A stretch of DNA of 64,000 nt from Kofleriaceae bacterium (lineage in GTDB: Bacteria; Myxococcota_A; Polyangia; Haliangiales; Haliangiaceae). A program made the translations under genes and the position numbers. Numbering within the stretch: the stretch's first letter is position 1; each line of letters opens with the position of its first letter. The stretch lies in the NCBI GenBank assembly GCA_965215005.1, contig CBDCCZ010000039.1, positions 1 to 64,000 on the forward strand, given 5' to 3'. The notes beneath the pieces are model-generated. The model was not told the origin of the DNA, searched no databases, and worked only from the letters and a program-made list of their open reading frames with translations. Positions 18,333-28,165 of the stretch are shown one piece after another.

Positions 18333-19082
18333 TCAAGACTGGGCAGCTTTTCCGCTGGGGTTCAGCACTAGACACGAAAATGCGGCGTCCACACTTAGAC
18401 CTGCGGCGGTACAGAACGGCGACGAGATCTCGAGCGCTACGTCCCGGTAGCACGGCAGCGCGAACTTCACTGCGTCGGTTACGCAGCAGAAAGTTGCGCC
18501 GCCGCTGTGCTCAATTGCCAGCTCCGACCCGAACGGGGCGAGCGGCAGCGCCAGTAGCTGCGCTATTGGCCCGCGGCGAGATCGCGTAGCGCCTCGAGAG
18601 CGAGCGGATCGTCGTGATCTCCCAGTCGCCATGAATGCTGAACATGCCGAAGAACAGCATATTGTGCAGTCCGTGCTCACGCCCGTGGTAACTGCGTCAC
18701 GAAGCTATTGCGCACGGGCCTCCTTACCCGGCAGCCCCTTTCCAATAGCCATTGCCGGTATACCAGTTTTGATCGGCGCCGCACTCGCTGCAGGTGATCT
18801 GCTTAGCATCTCCATACTCGGCCATGTAGCTCTTAAGCTTGCCTATGGAGCCCTCGATGACTTGGCCGCCATAGAGGTGGGTGCCGATGATGTCTGCGTA
18901 GTTGCCAAGCCTTCTGCCAGGAGCTGGCGCTTGTACTCCGTCCACGGCGAGTTCGCCGGGGTCGATTCGACGAGAATGCCCGCATCCACCGCCTTGATCG
19001 CTTCGTAGCAGACTTTCTGCATACGCACGGCTTGCGCTGTCGGCTGCGCGTTGCGCTGCCCGTCTCCCAAGCCTGTCGACTT
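18333..19082 (-). pseudogene. Clan GH-A glycoside hydrolase pseudogene, C-terminal portion
   Basis: Joining two frames gives CYEAIKAVDAGILV...LLAEGL/GNYADIIGTHLY...YMAEYGDAKQITCSECG, the pattern of strands 5-7 of GH5/GH39-like barrels, including the nucleophile Glu. Several frameshifts. Confidence 0.65.
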
Positions 19083-19165
19083 AGCGAAATTCGGGAGCGA
19101 TATTGCTCCGTTGAGCGTCAAGGGACCGGTTGCGTGGGCGTCGCGAGTGTGATCCGCTTGGGTCG

Positions 19166-19426
19166 ATGGGGCCGAAGGACGTCCAGAAGCTATTCGAGAC
19201 GATCTTGCACGATGATGCGATCCGGCACTTGGCCAGCGACACCAAATGGCAGGAACGGCAGCGAAAGCTCGACGCGGTCGCTTTTGTTCGGGCGATGGTG
19301 ATAGCGGCGTCGACCGGGTACGGGGGTCGGCAAGCGGACGTGATGCGGCTCGACTTCGAGGCCGGTGGTGAGCGTGTGGTCAGGGGCGGCTTCATCGTTG
19401 GCTTGGTCCCGAACTGGAGCGCGTGA
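19166..19426 (+). pseudogene. IS4-family transposase N-terminal fragment
   Basis: FETIL.DDAIRHLA...QERQRKLDAVAFVRAMVIAASTGYGGRQADVMR...GGF resembles IS4-type transposase N-termini. No DDE domain follows. Confidence 0.65.
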
Positions 19427-20298
19427 TGAACGCGGTACGTGATCACTGGCGGCGCAGCCCCTCGATTTTGGATCAGCTGCGAGGCTGGAAAATCTCACCA
19501 GGAAGACCGAAGAAAGCCAGGGCGGCATCGGTGCGTAGGACCGCTAACTGATCAGGCACGTGGCAAGGACTCTACTGGTACAACGGTACAACGCCATCCC
19601 GCTTCAACGGGAGGAGTGGATCGCGGCGCTATCAGAGCAATTCGAACAGGTCCTTCAGGAGCATGAAGCCATCCGCGATCTGCTGGGCACAATTTAAAGG
19701 ATGTTTCAGGAACTCCGCCGATCACCAAGAGCCTAGTAATCACTAGGTCGCCCTTCTGAGCCGATCCGTTCGATCAACTACGAGGTCTGCAACGCCTACA
19801 GCGCCGTGCGTGCGTGAAGTGTGCGATCACTGCACGTTTCTTCTAACGGCAATGAGGTAGCCAGCAGGAGCCGGCTCGCCGGCGATTCGACCGCCGCGCA
19901 GCGGCTTCGTTCAATAAACATTAGGGTTTACGGAGCCGCGTAGGCTGCACTCGTTCGGCGAGCGCCTGAATCCGAGCCGCCTGTGCGGTGTCATGTAGCG
20001 CGAAGGTGGGGCGTCACGTGTGAAGTAGGCCGGGCCGAACGTTCGCAAGGGCGGGCCATCGACGCCTGCGGCTCGCTGCGACCGCTCACAAACGGGCCAT
20101 TCACACTCAAAAGGCATCGACCCTCGCGGTTCCCGCGGCGGGGCGGCGGCCCACGAGGTCTCGAATGGTTGATACCGAGCGCAAGGATTGAGCCTGGGGA
20201 AGATGTTGGCGGTGAGGCGCTGCTGCGTCTCATGGCGCCCAAAGTAGTCGAGGTGGCACCGTAGCGGCAGTGTTTCGAACCCACGTGGCCGCCGCCCG

Positions 20299-21453
20299 CT
20301 ACGCTTGACTTAGGAGCCGGGCAGAAGCCTTGACCAGGAAGTACACCCAGAGAGCGAGGAGGACCACCAGAAGCGGGCGCGAAGGAATTCCCAGAAGGTG
20401 TCTCGGCTTGCGCCACAACTTGTCCACGCCTTCACCCAGGAGAAGCGCAACCATAAGGTAGGCGACATACATGATGCGCGGCCGAACATACATGTACCCC
20501 AAGAGAGCATTCAGGGGCACCAAGAGCAGGAGCTCCGCCTTGCCCCGGGCCACCCCGGGCTGGAAGAGATACCAGCCGACCACGAGAGCAGTGCCGAAGG
20601 TCAAGACGACCATCGGTGCCCGAGCTAGCGGAAGGTCGAGCTGACCTTCGTGGGGTACCCAGAAGACGACGGAAAGGAAATTCGCTGCCACGTTATAGGC
20701 GTAAATGGATAGAGGGTTCGCACCGAATCTCGCCTGGAGCTCGCTGGGGCTGTACATGGCGTCCATGTAGCCGGTGGAGAACGCGAACGCTTGGGACTCC
20801 ACGAAGGCGGCTCTGATGGCAAGGTAACTCACGGCAAGAACGGCCATCCCTCCCGCGAGCAGGAAGTGCCGGCGCCGGGCTGCGGCGAAGAATCCGTAGG
20901 CGGCTACTAGCAGGCCGCTCTCCTTGCTCAGTACGGCGAAAGCGGCTAGACCCATGAGCTTGGCTCCGCCTTGCCACGTGAGCCGCTCATCCTCGCCTAC
21001 CACGCGGACCGCGAGGAGGAGGCACAACCCCACCATCAGGTCGGCGATGCCCACGGCGAACGTGGTAACCCCAATGAAGAGGAAGGGAGATGCCAATAGA
21101 CAGAGCGTAGCCGCCCAAGTCCCCAGTTCGCTGACACGGGGGCGGAGAAGACGTCCGGCGTAGGCGACGGTCGCAGCGACGAGCACGCCCTGGAGAACTC
21201 GTAAGGGAAGAGCGACCTGCCCAAACAGGTCCTGCGACGCCTTGACCAGAGTCACGACCACGGGGCGATAGAAGAGCCCCATGAACGGGGAGGTCCAGAG
21301 CTCACTGTACCCCATGGCGGAAGCCCCCTCGATGATGCCGATATCGTCCGTGTGCAGGCCCATGGGCAGGAGAAGTGCGATGAAGACGAACACCACAGCG
21401 ACTTTGCCTGCTCTGCTCCAGGCGCCATGCCTGGCGAGCGCATCGGTTTTCAT
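20299..21453 (-). CDS. Polytopic membrane protein, probable GT-C-fold glycosyltransferase
   Basis: About 10 TM segments, acidic DD after TM1 (HTDDIG), FYRP and LSKE motifs typical of PMT/TMTC-like GT-C proteins. Confidence 0.65.
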   Translation of the reverse strand: MKTDALARHGAWSRAGKVAVVFVFIALLLPMGLHTDDIGIIEGASAMGYSELWTSPFMGLFYRPVVVTLVKASQDLFGQVALPLRVLQGVLVAATVAYAGRLLRPRVSELGTWAATLCLLASPFLFIGVTTFAVGIADLMVGLCLLLAVRVVGEDERLTWQGGAKLMGLAAFAVLSKESGLLVAAYGFFAAARRRHFLLAGGMAVLAVSYLAIRAAFVESQAFAFSTGYMDAMYSPSELQARFGANPLSIYAYNVAANFLSVVFWVPHEGQLDLPLARAPMVVLTFGTALVVGWYLFQPGVARGKAELLLLVPLNALLGYMYVRPRIMYVAYLMVALLLGEGVDKLWRKPRHLLGIPSRPLLVVLLALWVYFLVKASARLLSQA

Positions 21454-21514
21454 GTCGGGACCTTTGCACGAAGCGCTGCAAGGCGACAAACCTCGCAGAG
21501 AAGCACAAAGCAGT

Positions 21515-23161
21515 CTATCTCACGCAATACATGAGGCCGCGCACTTCGCAGTCGCCGCCGGTCGAGTCTTTCTCCCGACAGCTCGAGTCCACAGTCCCCG
21601 ACGAGGGGACGGACACGCTCGCCGTGCCCTCTCGGATAGAGACGCCAGCGACCTGGCACAGGCCGTCCGAAACCCGGTCCGATGGACGCACCACGCGCAC
21701 GGTTCCGCCACGAACCCCGTCCAGCTGCGCATCGGAAATGCGGCCGAGCTCGAGATTACAGGCCGCTTTCAGGCCGATCAGGCGGGAATCAGACGGGCAA
21801 GATGCCACGTCCGAGCATCCGTTAGCCGAGAGGCTGCGATGGCATCCGAAGGGCGTTTCCAGAACCTGGCAGGCATCCGACTGGGCTCGGTTGGCGAGCT
21901 CGCCATCACGACAGATGTACCCGACGTCGTTGCAAGACGGCTCGTCGAACGCGTCGCGAAACAAGTGGACGAATTCATTGTGTCGCAGGAACTGAGTCGA
22001 GTATGCCTCTTCTACGTAGCAGCCGCTTTCCCGAGAGACCGGTGACGTGACCGTCTGGTTGGCGACGATGATGTTGGGATGATTCCGCGCATCCTTGTTC
22101 TTGATCATGTCGGAGACGCTGCGCTTTACGATTTGGTTCTGGGCGATCACGTTGTAACGGGCGAAGTCTCGATTGTCAGCGCTGCTTCCATAAGGATAGC
22201 CATTGTCTTCCGGGCATCGGTGGTGAGAACCGTTGCGCGAGTTTAGAAGAACCGCCGGGTCCGACCCCGAGTAGCTGTTGTAGTAAAAGACATTGTTGAT
22301 GATTTCGTTGTACTGCGGGGTGGCGTGTCGGATCGTCCCTCCTTCTCCGCAGTTTCGGTAAATGAAAATTCCGCCTCGGTGGAGAGCCGAAAACCGATTT
22401 CGCAGCAAGCGGTTGTGCGCCGAGCCATCGATGGCAATGAGCTCGCGGTCCACTGTGCGATCTGCGTGGATTGTGTTTCCCTTGAAGGTGCCGTAGGCGG
22501 ACTCCGCGTCGAGGTACATGGCGACGCCGTCGGCCACTCCATCGATTTCGGAGTCTTCCAGAAGGGTGTGAGTGGACCCGGGGCCGATGTAGAGGGGCGT
22601 TCTGCCGAATGCGGTAATTCGTAGCCGGCGCAGCTTGGTGCCCGTGGGAGCTGCGGCTCGGGTCCTGGCTGTGTGGCCAGCGCGGAGTGATGACGCTTTC
22701 AAGTCGGCGCCCTGACCGTTCTTCGCCATGCCCCAGATCCGCACGGCCCCTTTGATGTGACAGTCTTCGATGGTGACGTTCTCAGGCCGGACCCATTGCG
22801 TGGTGTCGATTTTTTTCGACCGCACCTCGATCATGTCTGGGATGTAGTCGGTGCCGTGGCGGACGGTCCCATCGATCACGGCGTCTGGGGCGCAGGCGAA
22901 CAGCACGTTCGACGCCGCCGTGCCCTCGAAGTAGAGGCGCTTCGAGATCACCGCGCCGCTGGGTACGCGCATGCTGCAGTCGATGATCACCGATTCGGCC
23001 CCATCCCGGGCCGGGGACACGACTTCTTGGATCTTAGACTGCGAGCACTCGGGGGCGGCTAAGAACGAAGGGCGGTCGGTCGCGCCGATGGCGTCCGGGT
23101 CCATCGGCGTGCATGCGAACGAACAGGCTACAAAGCATACCGCAAGTAGTGATTTGTCCAT
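21515..23161 (-). CDS. Right-handed parallel beta-helix (pectin-lyase-like) lipoprotein with a Cys-rich C-terminus
   Basis: Lipobox-like ACSFAC; beta-helix coils ENVTIEDCHI, TLLEDSEI, TFKGNTI, NRLLRNRF, NEIINNVF, NVIAQNQI. Confidence 0.8.
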   Translation of the reverse strand: MDKSLLAVCFVACSFACTPMDPDAIGATDRPSFLAAPECSQSKIQEVVSPARDGAESVIIDCSMRVPSGAVISKRLYFEGTAASNVLFACAPDAVIDGTVRHGTDYIPDMIEVRSKKIDTTQWVRPENVTIEDCHIKGAVRIWGMAKNGQGADLKASSLRAGHTARTRAAAPTGTKLRRLRITAFGRTPLYIGPGSTHTLLEDSEIDGVADGVAMYLDAESAYGTFKGNTIHADRTVDRELIAIDGSAHNRLLRNRFSALHRGGIFIYRNCGEGGTIRHATPQYNEIINNVFYYNSYSGSDPAVLLNSRNGSHHRCPEDNGYPYGSSADNRDFARYNVIAQNQIVKRSVSDMIKNKDARNHPNIIVANQTVTSPVSRESGCYVEEAYSTQFLRHNEFVHLFRDAFDEPSCNDVGYICRDGELANRAQSDACQVLETPFGCHRSLSANGCSDVASCPSDSRLIGLKAACNLELGRISDAQLDGVRGGTVRVVRPSDRVSDGLCQVAGVSIREGTASVSVPSSGTVDSSCREKDSTGGDCEVRGLMYCVR

Positions 23162-23281
23162 GAGCTGCGTCTCGGGATGACCGCGTTCGTTTACATCGCT
23201 CTACGGTGCCGCTGCAATGGGTTTTCTGCGGCGTCACGCGGTCTGGCCATACATCCTGGTGGCCCCTCTCCAAAGAGACGA

Positions 23282-23700
23282 TCGACTTCGTTGTCGATCA
23301 TGTAGTAGCGGATGTCGTCGCGATAGTGGCTAGCAATTTGCCCGCACTTCCAGCCGAAGTTGGCCACCCACTCATCTTCATTGGCCCCCATGTCGAGCTC
23401 ACTGCGGAAGCGATCGCATGTGAGAGTCGGGCCCTGTTGCGGTGTTCGGCAACGGCGACATCGCGGCGGCTAAAGTTGCACGCTATGCCCTTGCGCTCAC
23501 ATCCGACGTAATTTGCACCCATGGTGTGGCGCGTAGGCCGAGGTCCGCCACCACCGGCGATACACGATTGTTGAACTCATAGCTGTCGTCATAGCCGCTG
23601 CCGTCGTTGACTCCGACGAACAGCTCCGAGCCCGCCGGAGGTGGCTCCGAGCTGTCATCGCCGCCGAAGTCCCGACGCTGCGCATCGCTGCGGTTGCAGC
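23282..23700 (-). pseudogene. Clan GH-A glycoside hydrolase pseudogene, N-terminal portion
   Basis: Broken frames ELFVGVNDGSG...VADLGLR and EWVANFGWKCGQIASHYRDDIRYYMIDNEVD. The NE motif fits the acid/base Glu at the end of strand 4. Confidence 0.6.
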
Positions 23701-23810
23701 TGTACAGCCTGGCGATGTTGCCGCTGATCGAGTCGCTGTGACGAAGGCCGCGACCCTTGCCACCGGGACGGCGAGGTTGCGCGCGCGAGCCGGAGCACGC
23801 GCGCGGGCGC

Positions 23811-25709
23811 TCAGCCCCCGCAGGATGTAAGCAGCCAAAGTAAGGCGATCAGACCAGTGGCGCCGAGAAGGAACCGAGACCATCGCCAGCGTATGGTCGG
23901 CTGCGCGTTCAGCGCCCATGCATCGAGCTCTTCGCCCTGCCGAAACCAGTGCAGAGTGTGGTCGCGAAAGCCGGCGGCGCGCGCGGCCTCACCGGTGGGG
24001 TCGATGCGACCGAGCAAGACCGGCTCGAGGTGGCCAGCGAGGTCCATGAGCGGAAGCTCGCGAACCGTAAGCTCACCACGGCGATCCACGGCGTCGGAGC
24101 GCCGCGTCACCGGCGCGCGCGGGGTGCCCGCAGCCGCCGACGATGCGGGATCGTCGGCCGAGACGGCAGGTCCAATCGGCGCAGCGTGGCGCGAATCAGA
24201 GGAGCTCAGCGGGCCGCTGCGATGGCCAGCATCGTCGCGACGCGGTGCCGGGGCTGCGGGCGCCTGCAGTGGGGGCGGAGTGGGTCGCAAGGCTGCTCCG
24301 CGAGTGATCGATACGGTCGGCGTGGAACCTGGCGGAGCCGTGGGCCGTGCTGGCGCCGCGATGGGAGACGCTGCGTTGCGGCTCGGAGACGCTGCGTTGC
24401 GGCTCGGAGACGCTGCGTTGCGGCTCGGAGACGCTGCGTTGCGGCTCGGAGACGCTGCGTTGCGGCTCGGAGACGCTGATGGAGGCGCCGGAAGTTTCGA
24501 GGAGCGGGATGCTGCGAGCTCGGACGCAGCGGCCGGCTTGAGAGTGGCGGTCTTGCCCGAGGCGTCTCGTGCGCCGTTCGCGGCCGCGGAAGGCGACGCC
24601 ACCGAGCGCGGCTGCCTCGAGGGCTGCACCAGCGACGGCAACACGGCGGCGGGTCCCGGTGGGCGCCCGGTCGCTGCGCCGCCTCGTGGCGCGCGGGCCA
24701 CCCGCGACGTGTGTCCCACCGCGGTGGGAAGAGGAGGCAAAGCGGTGCGCTGGGATGTCGTTGGTCGAGCGGCGGTCTCACGCGTGGTGCCGGAAACAAG
24801 TTGTCGCGCAGGCTCGGAACCCGATCCAACCGAGGGGCGAGATGGCGACGTTGCGGCTGGCAGACGCGTCTGTGTCGACGTCTCCTGCGACGGCGCGTAG
24901 GGCGACAACGACAAGATGCCCCTCGCCGGGGACGCCGCGCTCTTCGCCGAGGAGACGCTGCCTGCCACCGACGCAATGTCGCTCGCGGGCGGCGAGACGC
25001 TGCTTGCCGGCGACGCAATTCTGCTCGTGGGCGACGCCACGCTGCTTGCCGCCGGCGTAGCGCTCTTCGCCGGCGTAGCGCTCTTCGCCGGCGTCACGCG
25101 TTTCGCCGGCGACGCAATTGCACTCGTGGGCGACGCCACGCTGCTTGCCGGCGGCGTTGCGCGCTTCGCCGACGTCGCGCTCTTCGCCGACGTCGCGCGT
25201 TTCGCGGGGGACACAATTCCACTCGTAGGCGACGCCACGTTCTTCACTAACGACTCGTTCGAGCCGGTCGGTCGTTCCGCACGTGCCGATGACGCCGCAG
25301 CTTCCTTGGGATCGCGCGTCGCGGTTCGCGCGGGGCTTGCCTGCGGCGGCGGTCCCGGCAGCGCCGCGCGGGGAGCGCGAGCGGTTGTCGACGCGGCTGT
25401 CGCAGCCGAAGGGTCACTGGCGCGGTCGCGCAGGTCAATATCGGGCCGGGAGCCGGCCGCGAGACGCACGGACGGCGCAGACTCCGCCGCGGGTAGCGCA
25501 GACTCCGCCGCGGGTAGTGCAGACTCCGCCGCGGGTAGTGCAGACTCCGCCGCGGACGGCGCTGACTCGCGCGCGGACGGCGTTGCGATCGGCGCGCCGC
25601 CGGTAACCACTCCCCCGCCCAAGGCGCTGGGCAACCGGAATCGCCGCGCCGCGCGAGGCTCATCGGACGCTGTAGCAGGAACAGGCTCTGACGTCCGATT
25701 GCGGTTCAC
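23811..25709 (-). CDS. Low-complexity Ala/Ser/Pro-rich protein with tandem repeats and a C-terminal membrane anchor
   Basis: Long ORF with (AESALPA)n, (ASPxS)n and (SPSRNAA)5 repeats, then a complex tail (FRDHTLHWFRQGEELD) and TM segment FLLGATGLIALLWLL. Confidence 0.6.
   Translation of the reverse strand: MNRNRTSEPVPATASDEPRAARRFRLPSALGGGVVTGGAPIATPSARESAPSAAESALPAAESALPAAESALPAAESAPSVRLAAGSRPDIDLRDRASDPSAATAASTTARAPRAALPGPPPQASPARTATRDPKEAAASSARAERPTGSNESLVKNVASPTSGIVSPAKRATSAKSATSAKRATPPASSVASPTSAIASPAKRVTPAKSATPAKSATPAASSVASPTSRIASPASSVSPPASDIASVAGSVSSAKSAASPARGILSLSPYAPSQETSTQTRLPAATSPSRPSVGSGSEPARQLVSGTTRETAARPTTSQRTALPPLPTAVGHTSRVARAPRGGAATGRPPGPAAVLPSLVQPSRQPRSVASPSAAANGARDASGKTATLKPAAASELAASRSSKLPAPPSASPSRNAASPSRNAASPSRNAASPSRNAASPSRNAASPIAAPARPTAPPGSTPTVSITRGAALRPTPPPLQAPAAPAPRRDDAGHRSGPLSSSDSRHAAPIGPAVSADDPASSAAAGTPRAPVTRRSDAVDRRGELTVRELPLMDLAGHLEPVLLGRIDPTGEAARAAGFRDHTLHWFRQGEELDAWALNAQPTIRWRWSRFLLGATGLIALLWLLTSCGG
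24364..24478. repeat. 21-bp perfect tandem repeat x5.5
   Basis: GGAGACGCTGCGTTGCGGCTC repeated. Confidence 0.95.
25477..25560. repeat. 21-bp tandem repeat x4
   Basis: GCAGACTCCGCCGCGGGTAG(C/T) repeated; the fourth copy diverges at its end. Confidence 0.9.
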
Positions 25710-26161
25710 TCGTCAAGGGTGAGCAATGGCCGTACCGGTCATGGCCCCCGCAACCTCCCGACATTGCGTGTCCCATTCCCGCGAGCTCACCGGAATTCGG
25801 AATCACACTCACCGAAAATCCGACAGCGCCCCAATCGCAACGCTCCTCGCGGCAGAAGCAACGAAACGCGAGGAGCACCGGCATAGCTGCCATCGCTGCA
25901 CGATGCGCGGCTCAGCGCTTCTGCACTGCGCAGCTTCGATGCCGCCGCGAAATGAGCCGCGCCCCGCGCAGCCCAAGCAACTACTGACGCCACTCGGAGC
26001 CGCTTTGCGAATGACAATCGCGCTTTCAATGGTTCGCGCTCGCGCTGTAGCGCCGCTCAAGGCCAGACGGCCACGCTCGCGCCCTCGACCGAATGCATAG
26101 CGGCGGCGCGGCGGCGCAAATTCACGCCCCGGAGTGCGGTCGTGCCTTACTATCAGAGGGG

Positions 26162-28165
26162 ATGTCGAGGCCAGCAGAAACGGCGGGGACGGTGCCAGCG
26201 GCGACCACAGAGCGGCACGAGCTCGCGCGCCTCGAGCAAGCGCTCGAAGATCTGGCCGCGAGCGGCGCGACCAGCGTGTCGCTCGTGCATTGCGCCAGCA
26301 GCGCCTCGGAGGCGAGTCTGGTCGTGGCGCTCACCGAGCACGCGCGAGCCCTTGGCTTCGTCACCGCGAAGGTGCCGCTGCGCAAGCAGGGGCTCGAGTC
26401 GCCCGACGCGCTGGTGCGCGCGATTCTGGCCGCACTCCGCGGTCCCGCAGAAACCACCGGCCTGCTGGCGCTGCTCGAGCTTTACTATGATGAGTACGGC
26501 ACCGACAGCGCAGCGCGATTCGCCGAAGCGGCCCGTGCTCGCGGCGCCAATGGCGATCTCACTGCCCTATGCCATGCCTACTTGAGCAGCGATGAGCCCG
26601 ATGCGGTTGCCGAGAAACGCGCCTACAAAGCCTGGTGCGAGGGCGTCGAGCCGCCGCGCAAGTACCGCAACCAGGCCGTGCGGCGCGCGCTGTCGGAGCG
26701 CACTGCGCAGCGGGCGCTGAGCGAGCTCACCCGCATTGTTTGCGCCCTCGAGCATCGCGGCACCTTCGTCATGCTCAGCGAGGGCGATGCGCTCGCCCGC
26801 CGCACCCAACGGCAGCGCGAGAAAGGCTACACGGTGCTGCGCGAGCTCGTGGACAACTTCGATGGCGCCGGCGGTGCCATCGCCACGCGGGTGGTGCTCA
26901 GCGGTCGCGATGCGCTGTTTCACGGCCCCCACTCGCTGCGGGAGCTCGCGCCGCTGCGGATGCGTCTTGAGATTCCTTCCGCCGCTGCGCCACCGCCGCC
27001 GCATCGCTCGTGGACCACGCTGGTGGATGACGTCGAGCCAATGCGCCATCGGCCGGTTACCGCGCCGGTCGCCAAACAGCTCACCGCGCTGCGCGACTTG
27101 ATTCGCATCTCTGAGGGACTGCCGCCCTTAAAGAGCGTCACCGGCATGACCGTTGGCCAAGAGCGCCTCGATCGCACGGTGAAGCGCTTGTTCGAGCTCG
27201 TGAGCCGCGCCGGTCGCTTTTTCTCCGTGCTCGTCGGCGACTATGGCAGCGGCAAGACCCACCTGATGATGCACCTTGCCGAGCGCGCCCTCGAAGACAG
27301 CAGGCCAGTTTTCTGGCTCAATCTCGAGCGCACGAATCTCGACCTCGGCAACCCTGCTCGGCATCTGTCGCGCTTCCTCGACCACTCCCAACTGCCGCTC
27401 CCCGGCCGCCCCACCGCGCTGTCGCTGGTGAGCCGCTGGACGCGCTCCACCGGCATCGCCACCCTGCGGAGCTCAATGGTCGAGCTCGCTGCCGGCGCGG
27501 GCGAGGCCGCCATCGCGGCACGCAAAGCGCTGCGTATCGCCGACCGAGCACGCGATCCCGGCTTCGCCCTCGAAGGCTATCTCAGCGGCTTTGATCTCGA
27601 TCAGCGGCCCGGCGACGCCACCTATCGCCGCGACGCCTACCGCCGCATCTTTCTCTGGTTCGAGCTGCTCGCGCGCCTCGAAGGCATCCGTGGGCCGCTC
27701 ATCCTCATCGACGAAGCCGAGAACCTCTACACCAGCGGCAGGCCACCCGCCTCGCGCCGCACCTCCCTCCGGTCGCTCGCATTCTACTGCGGCGGCGCGC
27801 TGCCCAGTACCTGCGTGATCCTGGCGATGACGCCGCCCGCCTTCGAAGAGCTCAAAGGCGAAGCGCGCGATTTACTCGCTGAGGCCAAGGAGATGGAAAG
27901 TACTCTAGCCCTCGAAGACGTCGACCGCTTCCGCCGCTCGCTGTGGGGTCTCAAGCCAGATCCCGTCAAGCCGCTGAGCAAGGTCGAACGCGAAGAGCTG
28001 TGTGAACGCGTGCGTAAGCTGCATCGCGGCGCGCGCGGCATGATCGCGTTTGCGGGTTGGAACGAGCACGTGCGTCATGCCGCCGCCGCCAGCGTCGCGC
28101 CGCGGGTGTTGATTCGCTCGGTGATCGATGAGCTCGAGTCTGCGTGGTGGGCAGCCCACCCTTGA
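26162..28165 (+). CDS. BrxD/DUF2791-like P-loop ATPase with two tandem domains
   Basis: C-terminal domain: VLVGDYGSGKTHL and ILIDEAENLY. The N-terminal domain keeps ARALGFVT and QREKGYTVLRELVDN but its Walker motifs are degenerate. Confidence 0.8.
   Translation: MSRPAETAGTVPAATTERHELARLEQALEDLAASGATSVSLVHCASSASEASLVVALTEHARALGFVTAKVPLRKQGLESPDALVRAILAALRGPAETTGLLALLELYYDEYGTDSAARFAEAARARGANGDLTALCHAYLSSDEPDAVAEKRAYKAWCEGVEPPRKYRNQAVRRALSERTAQRALSELTRIVCALEHRGTFVMLSEGDALARRTQRQREKGYTVLRELVDNFDGAGGAIATRVVLSGRDALFHGPHSLRELAPLRMRLEIPSAAAPPPPHRSWTTLVDDVEPMRHRPVTAPVAKQLTALRDLIRISEGLPPLKSVTGMTVGQERLDRTVKRLFELVSRAGRFFSVLVGDYGSGKTHLMMHLAERALEDSRPVFWLNLERTNLDLGNPARHLSRFLDHSQLPLPGRPTALSLVSRWTRSTGIATLRSSMVELAAGAGEAAIAARKALRIADRARDPGFALEGYLSGFDLDQRPGDATYRRDAYRRIFLWFELLARLEGIRGPLILIDEAENLYTSGRPPASRRTSLRSLAFYCGGALPSTCVILAMTPPAFEELKGEARDLLAEAKEMESTLALEDVDRFRRSLWGLKPDPVKPLSKVEREELCERVRKLHRGARGMIAFAGWNEHVRHAAAASVAPRVLIRSVIDELESAWWAAHP

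Noticed and set aside
16956..19430. Prophage or ICE
   Set aside because: An Xis-like gene is present, but no integrase, tRNA/att site, structural or conjugation genes were found.
19841..19927. Integron attC site (TTCTAAC...ATTAGGG)
   Set aside because: The end boxes only loosely match RYYYAAC/GTTRRRY, I could not build a convincing internal hairpin, and there is no integrase or second site.
19439..20290. Short ORFs inside the insert
   Set aside because: No coherent reading frame or motif; probably decayed sequence.
26162..28165. Complete BREX system
   Set aside because: Only a BrxD-like gene is present; no pglX, pglZ, brxC or brxHI in the window.
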